A stretch of DNA of 64,000 nucleotides from Terriglobia bacterium (GCA_965198225.1 CBDAOY010000009.1:896001-960000), one strand, 5' to 3'; positions 20,381 to 31,210 are shown, numbered from the stretch's first letter. Notes: generated from the sequence alone by a model not told the origin. Made by a program: numbers and translations.

Positions 20381-20525
20381 ATCGCAGATTGGTTATCGGA
20401 CGAATCCGCATTGGAAGTTGGAGATTGCGGATTGCTCATTTCCCTATCGGTCGGAAAATCTGAAATGAAGCAATCTCCAATGAGCAACGTGCAATGCGGA
20501 TTACTCAAATATTGCGATTTGCAAT
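20381..20525. repeat. Dispersed inverted-pair repeat family C (AATCCGCATTGGAA core)
   Basis: 20403-20426 is the exact reverse complement of 52715-52738; related units near 30570 and 50780. Confidence 0.75.
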
Positions 20526-20607
20526 GGCTCCCACCAACCGCGGCCCTGCCGACGATCTTCAACGGGGCCTGTGGTGATCCATGGCCTGAAGGAAACCGAC
20601 CCAGCCG

Positions 20608-22551
20608 ATGAGTCCAATGACCGCCCCGTGTGGTTCCTGGGCGTCGCCCATCACCGCATCTCTGATTACCTCGGCGCAGGTGTCACTGGCCGAACCCCGC
20701 TTCTCGGACGGTACGCTCTATTGGCTCGAGGGTCGCCCGCTGGAGGCCGGGAGAGTGGCGATGGTCTCCCGTGGAGCGGACGGATTGGTTCGGGATGTAA
20801 CCGACCCGAATGCGAACGTCCGGACGCGCGTGCACGAATACGGGGGCGGACCTTATTTCCTCCACGGCGAGTCCGTGTTTTTCTCGGACTACGGAAGCCA
20901 GAGAATCTACCGGCAGGATCCCGGCATCGGTCCGAGGCCGTTGACGCCGGAGCCTACTTCCGACGCCGGATATCGCTACGCCGATGGCTGCGTCAGTCCG
21001 GATGGACGATGGATCTTCTGTGTCCGGGAGATCCAGGCCGAAGGCCAACCGGTTGTCAACGACATCGTGCTCCTCCCGTCAGACGGCTCCTCCACTCCTC
21101 GATCGATTATCTCCGGGGCGGACTTCTATTCGTCCCCACGCGTCAGTCCCGACGGGTCCCAACTGCTCTGGACCTCCTGGAACCATCCGCGGATGCCTTG
21201 GGACGGGACCGAGCTCTATTCGGCGAGGCTCGATGACACCGGATCGGTTTCCGATCGACGCCTGATCGCCGGTGGTGAGGAGGAGTCCATCTTCCAGCCG
21301 GAATGGGCTCCCGACGGGTCGACCCTCTTCGTTTCCGATCGTTCGGGTTGGTGGAACCTCTACAGCCGGAGGGACCGCCGGACCGTTGCCGTCGCCCCGA
21401 TGGAAGCCGAATTCGGCTACCCGCAGTGGATCTTCGGCCTGTCTCGATACGCTTTCGTCGGCGGGAATCGATTGGCCGCCGTCTATGCCCGGGATGGAAT
21501 CGAGCACGTAGCCGTCATCGATCCGACATCCGGCACCCTCGACCGCATGGAACTGGGGTACACGTCCATCTTCTGGCTTGTCAGTGACGGTGCGAATCGA
21601 ATCGCTCTCGTCGCCGCTTCTCCGTCGCGCGCCCCCGAGTTGGCCCTTGTCGATATGAAGACGGGAGTGCTTGACGTCGTGAAGCGAAGCGTCGAACTGG
21701 ACATCGACCCAGGATACCTGTCGTATCCGTCGCACTTCGAGTTTCCGACTACAGGGGAGCGGACGGCCTTTGCGTTCTTCTACCCCCCGGCGAACAAAGA
21801 TCATGAGTCCCGTCCTGATGAGCGCCCCCCCCTGCTCGTCACGAGTCATGGCGGGCCGACCGCGACGGCTTTTGCAGCCTTGAATCTTGGGATTCAGTTC
21901 TGGACGAGCCGAGGTTTCGGCGTCGTCGACGTCAACTACGGCGGAAGTACCGGCTACGGGCGCGCTTACCGTGAGCGGCTGCAGGGAGAATGGGGAATCG
22001 TCGATACCGACGACTGCGTGAATGCCGCTCTGTACCTGGTCGCGAAGGGTGATGCCGATCGGGCTCGTATGGCGATTCGGGGAAAGAGTGCGAGCGGATT
22101 CACGACGCTCTGCGCGTTGATGTTCCGCGATGTGTTTGCCGCTGGTGCGAGCTATTACGGCGTGGCCGATCTCCGCGGCCTCGTCGCCGATACCCACAAG
22201 TTTGAGTCACGCTACCTCGATGGCTTGATCGGCCCCTATCCGGAAGCCGACGAACTGTACCAGAATCGCTCTCCACTGGAGCATGCCGCCAGGTTGTCGA
22301 CGCCCGTCATACTGATGCAGGGCCTCGAAGACCGGGTCGTCCCGCCCTCTCAGGCCGAAGTCCTGGTTGAAGTGTTGCGCGAGAAGAAATTGCCGTTCGC
22401 TTACGTGACGTTCGAAGAAGAGGGCCACGGGTTTCGCAAGGCCGAGAACATCAAACGCGCTCTCGAGGCCGAACTGTATTTCTACTCGCGCGTGTTCGGG
22501 TTTCGCCCTGCGGATGACATCGAACCCATTACCATCGAGAACCTTCCATGA
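20608..22551 (+). CDS. S9 family peptidase (acylaminoacyl-peptidase-like)
   Basis: APCGSWASPIT, VRTRVHEYGGG, HGGPT, GKSASG nucleophile, DTHKFESRY, EGHGFRK. Confidence 0.92.
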   Translation: MSPMTAPCGSWASPITASLITSAQVSLAEPRFSDGTLYWLEGRPLEAGRVAMVSRGADGLVRDVTDPNANVRTRVHEYGGGPYFLHGESVFFSDYGSQRIYRQDPGIGPRPLTPEPTSDAGYRYADGCVSPDGRWIFCVREIQAEGQPVVNDIVLLPSDGSSTPRSIISGADFYSSPRVSPDGSQLLWTSWNHPRMPWDGTELYSARLDDTGSVSDRRLIAGGEEESIFQPEWAPDGSTLFVSDRSGWWNLYSRRDRRTVAVAPMEAEFGYPQWIFGLSRYAFVGGNRLAAVYARDGIEHVAVIDPTSGTLDRMELGYTSIFWLVSDGANRIALVAASPSRAPELALVDMKTGVLDVVKRSVELDIDPGYLSYPSHFEFPTTGERTAFAFFYPPANKDHESRPDERPPLLVTSHGGPTATAFAALNLGIQFWTSRGFGVVDVNYGGSTGYGRAYRERLQGEWGIVDTDDCVNAALYLVAKGDADRARMAIRGKSASGFTTLCALMFRDVFAAGASYYGVADLRGLVADTHKFESRYLDGLIGPYPEADELYQNRSPLEHAARLSTPVILMQGLEDRVVPPSQAEVLVEVLREKKLPFAYVTFEEEGHGFRKAENIKRALEAELYFYSRVFGFRPADDIEPITIENLP

Positions 22552-23471
22552 CGCGCCTCAGCTGCTTGTGGATTGTTGCCGGCCTCCTCTGGATGCAGCC
22601 GGTTGGTGCCCAATCCGTCGGGTGTGAAGCCTGGGGCCAAGCACGCCGGATCGGAGAGCTGCCAAAGATCATCGATGAGGCCAGTGGAGTGGAGGTATCC
22701 GGGAGATTCCCGGGCCGCTTCTACCACGTTGACGATTCCTCGGCGACGATTCACCTGACCGATTCGGTGGGCGGAAACGTGCAAGTGGTCCGCGTCTCGG
22801 GTGGAGGTGGAGTGGACGTGGAAGATCTCGCGCTGGGACCCTGCCCGGAAGGCTCCTGCCTGATCATTGCCGACATTGGCGACAACCGGGTGGGACGAAA
22901 CACACTCGAGCTGATCGTCGTCGCTGAGCTCGACGTCTACCCGCCTCTGGTCGAGTCGTTGAATCGGGTCCGATTCCGGTATCCGGCTGGTCCGAGAAAC
23001 GCCGAAGCTCTCGCCGTGCATCCGAACGGGGACATCTTCGTCGTATCGCGCAAACTCTTTCCTGCCGCCGATGAGACCCACGCACGGATCTACCGCCTGC
23101 CTGCCGCCGATTGGCACGCTACCCGCGCCGAAATACGTACTCTGATCCCCGTCGTCGATCTGGATTTCAGCCCGCTTGCCGATGTGTTGCCCGGCCGGCT
23201 AGTTACGGGGATGGATATTTCCAACGACGGTCGGCACATGTTGTTGCTGACCTACGAGGACGCCTTTGAGTTCCAGATCGATCCAGAGGAGGCGAAGTTG
23301 GGAATTTCCGAGGATCCGTCAGCCGGCTCCGACTACATGAGGATCGAACTCGTCCGGCTCCGCCAGCAAGAAGGGGTCGCCTATACGGCGGACTCAAAAG
23401 GATTCATCTACACTACCGAGGCGGGAAGGGGCGGCGCGCCCATTATGCAGGTGGATTGCCTTGAGCAATGA
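22548..23471 (+). CDS. Secreted hypothetical protein, probable beta-propeller
   Basis: Signal peptide; EASG, DVEDLALGPC, IADIGDN, NAEAL and QQEGVAY motifs; ATGA overlap with the upstream gene. Confidence 0.75.
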   Translation: MTRLSCLWIVAGLLWMQPVGAQSVGCEAWGQARRIGELPKIIDEASGVEVSGRFPGRFYHVDDSSATIHLTDSVGGNVQVVRVSGGGGVDVEDLALGPCPEGSCLIIADIGDNRVGRNTLELIVVAELDVYPPLVESLNRVRFRYPAGPRNAEALAVHPNGDIFVVSRKLFPAADETHARIYRLPAADWHATRAEIRTLIPVVDLDFSPLADVLPGRLVTGMDISNDGRHMLLLTYEDAFEFQIDPEEAKLGISEDPSAGSDYMRIELVRLRQQEGVAYTADSKGFIYTTEAGRGGAPIMQVDCLEQ

Positions 23472-23472
23472 A

Positions 23473-23763
23473 TGTAGGTGCGGTCTATGACCGGAACCAT
23501 TCATTAGCGTCGGGCCCACCGTCCCCCTCACGACGAAAGCGTGAGCGTTCGAGTACCGATCGCAGTGCGCGGGTGTGTGGAGAAAGACAGCTGGTCCGGT
23601 CCCCCCACGCCAGCTCTATCAGCGTCGGGCCCACCGTCCCTCTCACGACGAAAGGCTGAACGTTCACGGACCGAACTGCAGTGCGCGGGTTCGCGGAGAA
23701 AGCCAGTTGGTCCGGTCCCCCCACGCCCTCCAGAACAGAGTGCGGTCATAGACCGCACCTACA
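23473..23763. repeat. Family A REP pair enclosing two ~115-bp tandem direct repeats (BIME-like)
   Basis: agcgtcgggcccaccgtccc...tggtccggtccccc.acgcc occurs at ~23506 and ~23621. Confidence 0.8.
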
Positions 23764-23794
23764 CTCGCCTGAGCGAGCCGCAGTGCGACCACGA

Positions 23795-25738
23795 CTACAG
23801 GTTTCGCCTTGGACCCAGAATCTGGAGTGGAGAGGGTTCGGGGGGCGCTGTCGCCTTGTCTTCCTCCTCAGCATCCCCATCCGTCTCACCTGGATTCACG
23901 AAGCGGTTTGCCTCCAGGCCGGCCTGCCGGGTGTAGAGGTCGAAGTATCTGCCCTGGACAGCGAGCAGTTGTTCGTGACTGCCCCGCTCGACGATCTTGC
24001 CGTCTTCCAGGACGAGTATCTGATGGGCGCTCCGGATCGTGCTCAACCGGTGGGCGATGACGAAAGTCGTCCTTCCCTTCATCAGGGCCGCCAGGCCTTG
24101 CTGGATACATGCCTCACTCTCGGTGTCGAGACTCGACGTGGCCTCGTCCAGGATAAGGATTCGGGGATCGGCCAGGATCGCCCGGGCGATCGCGACACGC
24201 TGGCGCTGGCCGCCGGACAGCTTAACGCCACGCTCCCCGATGATCGTGTCGTACTTCTCTTCCATTCGTAAGGCAAACTCGTCCACTCTGGCGATGGCCG
24301 CGGCCTGGTCCACGTCCTCCGGACTCGCGTCCGGCCTGCCGAAAAGGATGTTCTCGCGAATCGAGCCGTCGAAGAGGAAATTGTCCTGCAGGACGACGCC
24401 GAGCTGCGCGCGGTATGAATCCAGAAGAACCGTGGACAAATCGATGCCGTCGACGTAGACGGCACCGGATGTCGGCTTGGCAAAGGCGGAGACGAGCCCG
24501 ATGAGCGTACTCTTGCCGGAACCGGACGGGCCTACCAGGGCCGTCACCGTGTCCGGCCTTGCCTCGAGGCTGATTCCATGGAGGACGGGTTTGCCGGCGT
24601 CGTATTCGAACGTGACCTCGTCGAACACGAAGTGACCCTGGGTCCCGTCGACCGTCCGCACGCGATCCGGATCGACGTCTTCCGGCGTCTCCGCCAGCAC
24701 TTCCTGGACCCGGTCCAGGCCGGCCACCGCCTCGGTCAGCTGGCTGCCGATCGAGACGACCTGGATGACGGGAGCGACCATGAAACCCATGTACAGGGTG
24801 TAGGCAAAGAAGTCGCCGACCGTCATCGCACCGGACATGATCAGCCGGCCGCCCACGATCATGACCGTCACCGTGACGATTCCCATTAGCAACGTTGAGG
24901 CGAAGGTCACCGCGGCGGTCGCCGTGAGGGTCTTTCTGACGTTCTCGAAAAGCCGGAGAGCACCTTCTGCGAAAGTTTCGGCCTCGCGTTCCTCGGCGTG
25001 GAAGCCCTTCACGACCCGGATGCCGCCAAACGATTCCGTCAGCCGCCCCGTTACCTCTGCCCGGATCTTTCCACGCTCCCGGAACACCGGCCGTATCGTC
25101 CCGAACGCCTTCTTGAGAATCAAGGCGAAGACAGCCAGGAACCCCAGCGCCAGCAGGGTCAGGGTAACGTTGATCGTCAGGAGAAGGATGAAGGCAAGAA
25201 CGGCGGTGATCAGGCCGCCGATGAACTGGACCAGCCCGGTTCCGATCAGGTTGCGGACACCCTCGACATCGGACATGACCCGTGTGACGAGCGCCCCCGC
25301 CTTGTTGTCGTCGAAGTACCGGATCGGGAGCCGTCCCACGTGTTTCTGGATTTTAATACGCATGTCCGCGATCAATCGCTGAGCCGAGGTGCTGAGCAGG
25401 ATCGTCAGCGCGAAGGCGGTGACAGCCTGAATCGCGACGGCCAACCCCACCACCAGCACCAGCGGCGTCAGCATGGCGGTGTTGTTCGGCAAGACGACGT
25501 CGTCGATCAGGAACTTCATCGAGCCCGGCAGGACGAGGCCCGAAAGGCGGTTGATGATGACGAGGGCCAGGCCGAAGCCCAGCATGGCTCGTCGTGGCCA
25601 TATCAAGTCGCGAAATTCCCCGATTGCCTTTGCGGGCGGGACCGATCTTCGTTTTGTGTCGCTGCCGGAATTACCGTTATCGCCCGATCTTCTGCTCAAA
25701 GCACCCCCGTGATCAGTAGATCTTCCATCGTAACCCAT
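23795..25738 (-). CDS. ABC transporter, fused permease/ATPase (MsbA/MdlB-like exporter)
   Basis: Six-TM N-terminal half, GPSGSGKS, LSGGQRQR, ILDEATS, IAHR. Confidence 0.95.
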   Translation of the reverse strand: MGYDGRSTDHGGALSRRSGDNGNSGSDTKRRSVPPAKAIGEFRDLIWPRRAMLGFGLALVIINRLSGLVLPGSMKFLIDDVVLPNNTAMLTPLVLVVGLAVAIQAVTAFALTILLSTSAQRLIADMRIKIQKHVGRLPIRYFDDNKAGALVTRVMSDVEGVRNLIGTGLVQFIGGLITAVLAFILLLTINVTLTLLALGFLAVFALILKKAFGTIRPVFRERGKIRAEVTGRLTESFGGIRVVKGFHAEEREAETFAEGALRLFENVRKTLTATAAVTFASTLLMGIVTVTVMIVGGRLIMSGAMTVGDFFAYTLYMGFMVAPVIQVVSIGSQLTEAVAGLDRVQEVLAETPEDVDPDRVRTVDGTQGHFVFDEVTFEYDAGKPVLHGISLEARPDTVTALVGPSGSGKSTLIGLVSAFAKPTSGAVYVDGIDLSTVLLDSYRAQLGVVLQDNFLFDGSIRENILFGRPDASPEDVDQAAAIARVDEFALRMEEKYDTIIGERGVKLSGGQRQRVAIARAILADPRILILDEATSSLDTESEACIQQGLAALMKGRTTFVIAHRLSTIRSAHQILVLEDGKIVERGSHEQLLAVQGRYFDLYTRQAGLEANRFVNPGETDGDAEEEDKATAPPEPSPLQILGPRRNL

Positions 25739-25942
25739 GCCGGATCGGATTTGGGGTCGATGAAGCTTCCATCATGTCTAAAGGCGTGGTATAAACCGAT
25801 GTTTTGAGCTTGGTTGGAATGCGAGCAGACTGGAGAGGAGCCGGATAGCCCCGACGTCGTTGCGGTCAACTCCGTGGACTTCCAAAACGCTGCATGTTCT
25901 AATTGAAAGACAGATTTCTTGACAGAGGACTCGGAGGTAACT

Positions 25943-26884
25943 ATGTACGCAACCCTGCTGCTGCTCGTGTTCCTGCCTATCCAGCAGGCCGACCCAGAGG
26001 AAGCCTATCGTCGCGACTACTCAGAGTACAACGAGATTTCGGCGATGACGGACCCAGCCGCCCAGGCCGAGCGGTTTTTTGCCTTCATCGACAAGGGGTA
26101 CGATGCAAGGCTGGAGGGCTCGATTCTCGCGGGGCTGCGGGGTGACATGGAAGCGCTCACCCAGGCTCGGAACTATGACGCGGTTTTCGATGTGGCAGAC
26201 AAGTGGGCCGCCCGTAACGGAGGTTTGGATCCGATCGCGCTTGCGTGGAACGCCGGTGCCGTTGCCGGCAACAACCAGGCCACGGTCAAGTATGGAGAGC
26301 AGCTATACGCGGCTCAGGCCATCCCCCAGGTTGCGATGAGTCTGGCGAATGCATACATGGCGCTGGGGAATGCCGCAAAGCTGAGGGAGTTCGGCGAGAT
26401 CGTCATCGACAGCCAGCCGATCACCGAGACCTGGAGCATCGCGTATGAGCTGGTCGGCCAGCACGAGTCGGCCGGGCGATTCAACCAGGCTTCGGAGATG
26501 GCGCGGAAAATCCAGAGTGGCCTGACATCCGCACCCGAGGGTATTTCCGGGACCGAGTGGACGCAGATTCGGACGTACTTGCAGGAAACCGTCGGCCGCG
26601 CCTCCTATGAAGCAGGCCGGTATGGGGCGGCAATTCAGCAGTTCAACGCCGTGCTGCGTTTCAACAGGCGGAACGACAAGGCCTATTACTACATCGGCGA
26701 GAGCCTTCTGAAGACCAACGAGATCGCCCCTGCGATGAACAGCTTCGCCAAGTCCTACCTGCTGAATGGCGGCTATTCCGCCCGTTCCAGAGGCATGCTG
26801 GAGACGATCTACAAGGCCAATCACGGCGGCAACCTGGTCGGCCTGGAAGACATCATCAACACGGCGCGCCGCGAGTTGAACTAG
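25943..26884 (+). CDS. Secreted TPR-like protein
   Basis: GGAGG RBS, signal peptide, helical repeats (AYYYIGESL, GRASYEAGRY). Confidence 0.75.
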   Translation: MYATLLLLVFLPIQQADPEEAYRRDYSEYNEISAMTDPAAQAERFFAFIDKGYDARLEGSILAGLRGDMEALTQARNYDAVFDVADKWAARNGGLDPIALAWNAGAVAGNNQATVKYGEQLYAAQAIPQVAMSLANAYMALGNAAKLREFGEIVIDSQPITETWSIAYELVGQHESAGRFNQASEMARKIQSGLTSAPEGISGTEWTQIRTYLQETVGRASYEAGRYGAAIQQFNAVLRFNRRNDKAYYYIGESLLKTNEIAPAMNSFAKSYLLNGGYSARSRGMLETIYKANHGGNLVGLEDIINTARRELN

Positions 26885-26897
26885 CGCCCAGGATCGG

Positions 26898-26927
26898 AAG
26901 GGGCTCAGCCAACCCGCTGAGCCCCTT
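26898..26927. terminator. Hairpin terminator between convergent genes
   Basis: AAGGGGCTCAGC-caaccc-GCTGAGCCCCTT, 12-bp perfect stem. Confidence 0.75.
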
Positions 26928-26935
26928 GTTCCTCC

Positions 26936-28480
26936 TCACTCTCCCCCCGTACCTCCTTCAGCCTCGGAAATCTCTTCGAGCTGATCGAACCCACCGGTGG
27001 CCCCGTGGCCGCCCACGATTGTCCCGACGTTGAGCTCGAGGGTGCCGATTCCTTCGTAAAGACTCGTTGAATCCGGACTCGCGCTGGCCGCTCCCGGTGT
27101 GTACAGATCGCTTTCGAAAAGGATTCGCTCCCGTGGCAGATAGGCGACGACCATCGGCGCGACGTGCGGAGTGTCCTCCAGCGCGAACAGCTGGAGGGTC
27201 TGGTTTCCGTCCGTCAGCTCGTACTGTCCGTCGAAAGTCTCGATCGTGCCCACGTCCGAACTCCGTCCCATCGACGCGTTCGACATTGCGTGGAGTTCAT
27301 CGGGCGAGTATCCATGACGGGCCTCGATCAAATTCCGGATGGCCTCCTCGTGCCGCTGCTCGACGATGATCTTCGCGCCCATGGCGACCATCCTGCGAAG
27401 TCCGCCGACATGATCCGAGTGCGGGTGGGTCACGATGACGTACTCGATGGGTTTCAGGGGCGGGAGTTCCTCATAGACAACGTCGCTCAAGCGCTTACTC
27501 TGAGCGCTGGTTCCGGGAGCCTCGACGACGACCAGGTAGTTCGGGAACTCTACGACCAAGCTATTGTGCGAGAAGCCGACTGCCTGGTAGACCCCTCGCG
27601 CCAGGCGGTTCATCTCCATGGGAACGAACTCCCCGTTGGCGGCGTTTTCCGCTTCTTCTTCTGCCTCTTCGGGAATGGTGAAGACTGCCTCGTCCAGGCC
27701 CCCGTTGATGGTGATCGAGTCGTATTGCATGCTCGAAAACGCGACTCCGTCCTTGGTGATCGTCACCTGATGGGGAACCATCAAACCGCCGACGTCACGA
27801 TAATCTCCGACCGTATACCGAACTGGCACGTCCCCAAGGTGCGGATCGGTCTCCATCAACTCGAAACCGAGGAACACGTTGGTTTCCGGCTCGAAAAACA
27901 AGTCCGTGGCCTGACCTTCGAAATCGATCTCGACGCGACGCGCAGGCGTTCCGTTGAAATCGTTGAGCATCGCAACCCGGGTCGTGGTCGAGACCGCCTC
28001 GGTCGCCGCGAACATCAGGCCCAAGACGTCGCGGTTCAAGGCCATGTTCGGCGTGTCGAAGGCCGAGTAGCCGAGCAAGGCGTTCGGTGACACGACGGTA
28101 CCCCGTTCACCGACCATCGTGTAACCGACCGGCATCGCGTTTGAACCGCGCCCATGTTTCGTCAGCGTCTCGCGGCGATGCTGCCTGAACGAACCGAACG
28201 CCATCTCATACTCGAACGCGGCCCTTCCTCCGAGGAAATCGAGCGATTCGGTGAGGTTGGTCAGTTCTGCGGCTCTCGGCGCATCGCCCGCCGTACGTTC
28301 CTGTGCGAAGATCGTGCGGGTGCCACTACCGGTACGGACCATAGTCTCGATACCCTGCAGTCTCTCCAGGCCGCCCATGGCGGTGACGGCGCTGTCAACT
28401 ACGTCCCGGTACCCGGGATCGTTTACGCACCCGGCCAGCAGAATAACCAAGAGGACCGGGACGACAGATCGAATGGACAT
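26936..28480 (-). CDS. MBL-fold metallo-hydrolase lipoprotein
   Basis: Lipobox LAGC, THPHSDH, ESDL, GGHG. Confidence 0.85.
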   Translation of the reverse strand: MSIRSVVPVLLVILLAGCVNDPGYRDVVDSAVTAMGGLERLQGIETMVRTGSGTRTIFAQERTAGDAPRAAELTNLTESLDFLGGRAAFEYEMAFGSFRQHRRETLTKHGRGSNAMPVGYTMVGERGTVVSPNALLGYSAFDTPNMALNRDVLGLMFAATEAVSTTTRVAMLNDFNGTPARRVEIDFEGQATDLFFEPETNVFLGFELMETDPHLGDVPVRYTVGDYRDVGGLMVPHQVTITKDGVAFSSMQYDSITINGGLDEAVFTIPEEAEEEAENAANGEFVPMEMNRLARGVYQAVGFSHNSLVVEFPNYLVVVEAPGTSAQSKRLSDVVYEELPPLKPIEYVIVTHPHSDHVGGLRRMVAMGAKIIVEQRHEEAIRNLIEARHGYSPDELHAMSNASMGRSSDVGTIETFDGQYELTDGNQTLQLFALEDTPHVAPMVVAYLPRERILFESDLYTPGAASASPDSTSLYEGIGTLELNVGTIVGGHGATGGFDQLEEISEAEGGTGGE

Positions 28481-28715
28481 AAACCCCCTCCTTACTTTCC
28501 AACGATCGAAAAATCTACGTATCTGTTACTTACCTGTACGGATAGCTACGCCAATTGTATTGCTCCTTAGCACGGAGTCAAGTGAAGAAGGATGAAACAG
28601 GGCGGGCCCGGTTCCCAGGTATGAGACAATCTACGTTTTCGGTTGGACGGCTCGGAGAGCCACACGCCCCGCACCGCGAGGCAAGAAACTCGATACACAG
28701 GAGATACCACGTCGC

Positions 28716-30344
28716 ATGAACGGTCATTTCAAAGTGCCAGACCCAGTCAACGAACCCGTGTTGTCATACGCCCCGAACACGCCCGAGAAGTCTGCCCTGA
28801 AAAAGAAGATTTCCGAGATGGCGTCGGGGGAGATCGAGATTCCGATCTTGATCGGCGGAAAGGAGGTTCGAACCGGAGAACTCGGGACACAGGTTGTCCC
28901 GCACAGCCACGGACATGTCCTCGCCAAATGGCACAAAGCCGGTCAGGCGGAAGTAGAGCAGGCGGCCGCAGCCGCCGCGCTGGCACACAAGGAGTGGGCG
29001 GCATGGAGTAACGACGCCCGTGCCGCCGTGTTCTTGAGAGCCGCCGAGCTGCTGGCCGGGTCTTGGCGGCAGACGCTCAACGCCGCGACGGTATTGTGTC
29101 AGAGCAAGACCGCTTTCCAGGCGGAGATCGATGCGGCCTGTGAGTTGATCGACTTCTGGCGCTTCAACGTCCGCTACGCGGAAGCGATCTACGGCGACCA
29201 GCCGCTTTCAGGCCCCGGCATGTGGAATCGGCTCGACTACCGGCCGTTGGAAGGTTTCGTGTTTGCCGTGACGCCGTTCAACTTCACGTCGATCGCCGGC
29301 AACCTCCCGACCGCACCGGCGATCATGGGAAATACCGTCGTGTGGAAGTGTGCCAGCTCGACCGTATACAGCGGCTACTACCTGGCCAAACTCTTCGAAG
29401 CGGCCGGCATGCCTCCGGGCGTGATCAACTTCGTTCCAGGGAGCGGGGCCGCGGTCGGCGGGCCGGCGATGGCGCACCCGGATCTGGCCGGCATCCACTT
29501 CACCGGTTCGACGGAGGTCTTCCAGGGGATGTGGCGTACCATCGGAGAGAACATCAAGCAGTATCGTTCCTATCCTCGAATCGTCGGCGAGACAGGCGGG
29601 AAGGACTTCATCATCGCCCATCCCAGCGCGAACGTCGATGCGGTTACGACGGCCATCATCCGCGCCGGCTATGAGTATCAAGGGCAGAAATGTAGCGCCG
29701 CCTCGCGGATTTACATTCCGGACAACCTCTGGAAGGCCATGAAGGACGACCTCATCGATCAGATCGACGGCATCGCGATGGGCGACCCGGCGGATTTCCG
29801 CAACTTCATGGGCGCCGTGATCGACCGTGAGGCATTCGACAAGCAGTCCGGCTACCTCGATTTCGTGCGCTCGTCGGACGATGCCGAGATTCTGGCCGGC
29901 GGGCAAGCCGATGACGCGGTCGGTTACTTCATCCGTCCAACCCTGATTCAGGCATCTCAGCCGGATTTCAGGACGATGTGTGAAGAGATTTTCGGACCCA
30001 TCGTGACCCTCTACGTCTACCCCGAGAACGAGTGGCAGCAGACTCTGGAACTTGTCAACAACACATCCCCTTACAGCTTGACCGGTGCCGTCTTCGCCGA
30101 GGATCGCCGTGCCATAGCCGATGCCCACCGTGAACTGCGGTACGCGGCCGGCAATTTCTACGTAAACGACAAACCCACCGCCGCCGTCGTCGGCCAGCAG
30201 CCATTCGGAGGGTCCCGAGCCAGCGGTACCAACGACAAAGCGGGCTCCATGCTGAACCTCCTGCGCTGGGTGTCGGCCCGAACGATCAAGGAGACCTTCG
30301 ACCCCCCCACCGACTACCGGTACCCGTTCATGGCGGAAGAGTAA
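28716..30344 (+). CDS. pruA: L-glutamate gamma-semialdehyde (P5C) dehydrogenase
   Basis: EIDAACELIDFWRFN, PFNFTSI, FTGST, GETGGKDF, EYQGQKCSA, QQPFGGSRASGTNDK. Confidence 0.95.
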   Translation: MNGHFKVPDPVNEPVLSYAPNTPEKSALKKKISEMASGEIEIPILIGGKEVRTGELGTQVVPHSHGHVLAKWHKAGQAEVEQAAAAAALAHKEWAAWSNDARAAVFLRAAELLAGSWRQTLNAATVLCQSKTAFQAEIDAACELIDFWRFNVRYAEAIYGDQPLSGPGMWNRLDYRPLEGFVFAVTPFNFTSIAGNLPTAPAIMGNTVVWKCASSTVYSGYYLAKLFEAAGMPPGVINFVPGSGAAVGGPAMAHPDLAGIHFTGSTEVFQGMWRTIGENIKQYRSYPRIVGETGGKDFIIAHPSANVDAVTTAIIRAGYEYQGQKCSAASRIYIPDNLWKAMKDDLIDQIDGIAMGDPADFRNFMGAVIDREAFDKQSGYLDFVRSSDDAEILAGGQADDAVGYFIRPTLIQASQPDFRTMCEEIFGPIVTLYVYPENEWQQTLELVNNTSPYSLTGAVFAEDRRAIADAHRELRYAAGNFYVNDKPTAAVVGQQPFGGSRASGTNDKAGSMLNLLRWVSARTIKETFDPPTDYRYPFMAEE

Positions 30345-30356
30345 AAGAGGGATTTC

Positions 30357-30470
30357 ACCGCAAAGACGCAAAGGCGCAAAGAAAACAAAGAGTGTCAGAG
30401 ACCTAGTTCTCTTGTAGCTGAGTGATGCTTACATAGATGGACTGATACCCTTTGCGTCTTGGCGTGCGGT
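30357..30470. repeat. Inverted repeat of ACCGCAAAGACGCAAAG type (family D)
   Basis: accgcaaagacgcaaagg...ctttgcgtcttggcgtgcggt downstream of pruA. Confidence 0.55.
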
Positions 30471-30554
30471 AAGAGAATACGACCTTTCACTGATTCGATA
30501 CTGCACTGTTACACACGTTAGGCTGCGATGAGCGCTTGACGACAGCCGACGAAG

Positions 30555-30630
30555 GCAATTGCAAGTTTTCGTATCGGAAAATCCGCATTGGAAATCTATC
30601 CATTCGAGATTCGAGATTGAAAATCGAAAA
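30555..30630. repeat. Family C repeat unit
   Basis: tatcggaaaatccgcattggaaat at 30572-30595 followed by TTCGAGA heptamers. Confidence 0.6.
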
Positions 30631-30709
30631 ACGTCAAAAGAGCGGATACCGAGGAGGGGAGTATAGAGGTTGCGGGGTGCTCTGTCCTTAACGGCCTACG
30701 GACAACGGC

Positions 30710-31210
30710 CTACGTCCTCATGACCAGCGTATCGGCGATCATGTCGTGGAGTGCCTGCTTCCGAGCCGAGAACGCCGCCATGATGAAACCGACGCCGAGG
30801 ATGAACGCGGAGAGATACTTGGCAAAATGTCTGCCTGTTGCCCGGCCGAATGTCAGACGCTGTCCATGGACGTCGGTGACGACTATCCCGAGTGCCATCT
30901 TGCCGAGAGTGGCCCTCGGTTCGCTACTCAACATGAGCGCTTCATACAGCCACGGCACGACCAGAAACGCGACGATACCCGGGCCCAACGACACGCCGGC
31001 GATCAAGGTGGTGATGATTCCGACGAAGATCCAGTCGATCAGGTAGGCGACAAACCGAATCCAGAATCCGCCGTATTGGACCGCAGGCGTAGCGACAGGT
31101 GGCGGAGCTTGGCCTGTCGGTGTGGCGCCCACGGGTATGGCCGCACCGCACGCCTGGCAAAACCGGGCGTGTTCAACGTTCGAGTGTCCACATGTAACGC
31201 AAACAGCCAT
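30710..31210 (-). CDS. Zinc-ribbon plus RDD family membrane protein
   Basis: CVTCG..FCQACG; GFWIRFVAYLID, TLGKMALG, QALHDMIADT. Confidence 0.92.
   Translation of the reverse strand: MAVCVTCGHSNVEHARFCQACGAAIPVGATPTGQAPPPVATPAVQYGGFWIRFVAYLIDWIFVGIITTLIAGVSLGPGIVAFLVVPWLYEALMLSSEPRATLGKMALGIVVTDVHGQRLTFGRATGRHFAKYLSAFILGVGFIMAAFSARKQALHDMIADTLVMRT

Noticed and set aside
23506-23727. CRISPR array
   Set aside because: Two long units without unique spacers; no cas genes
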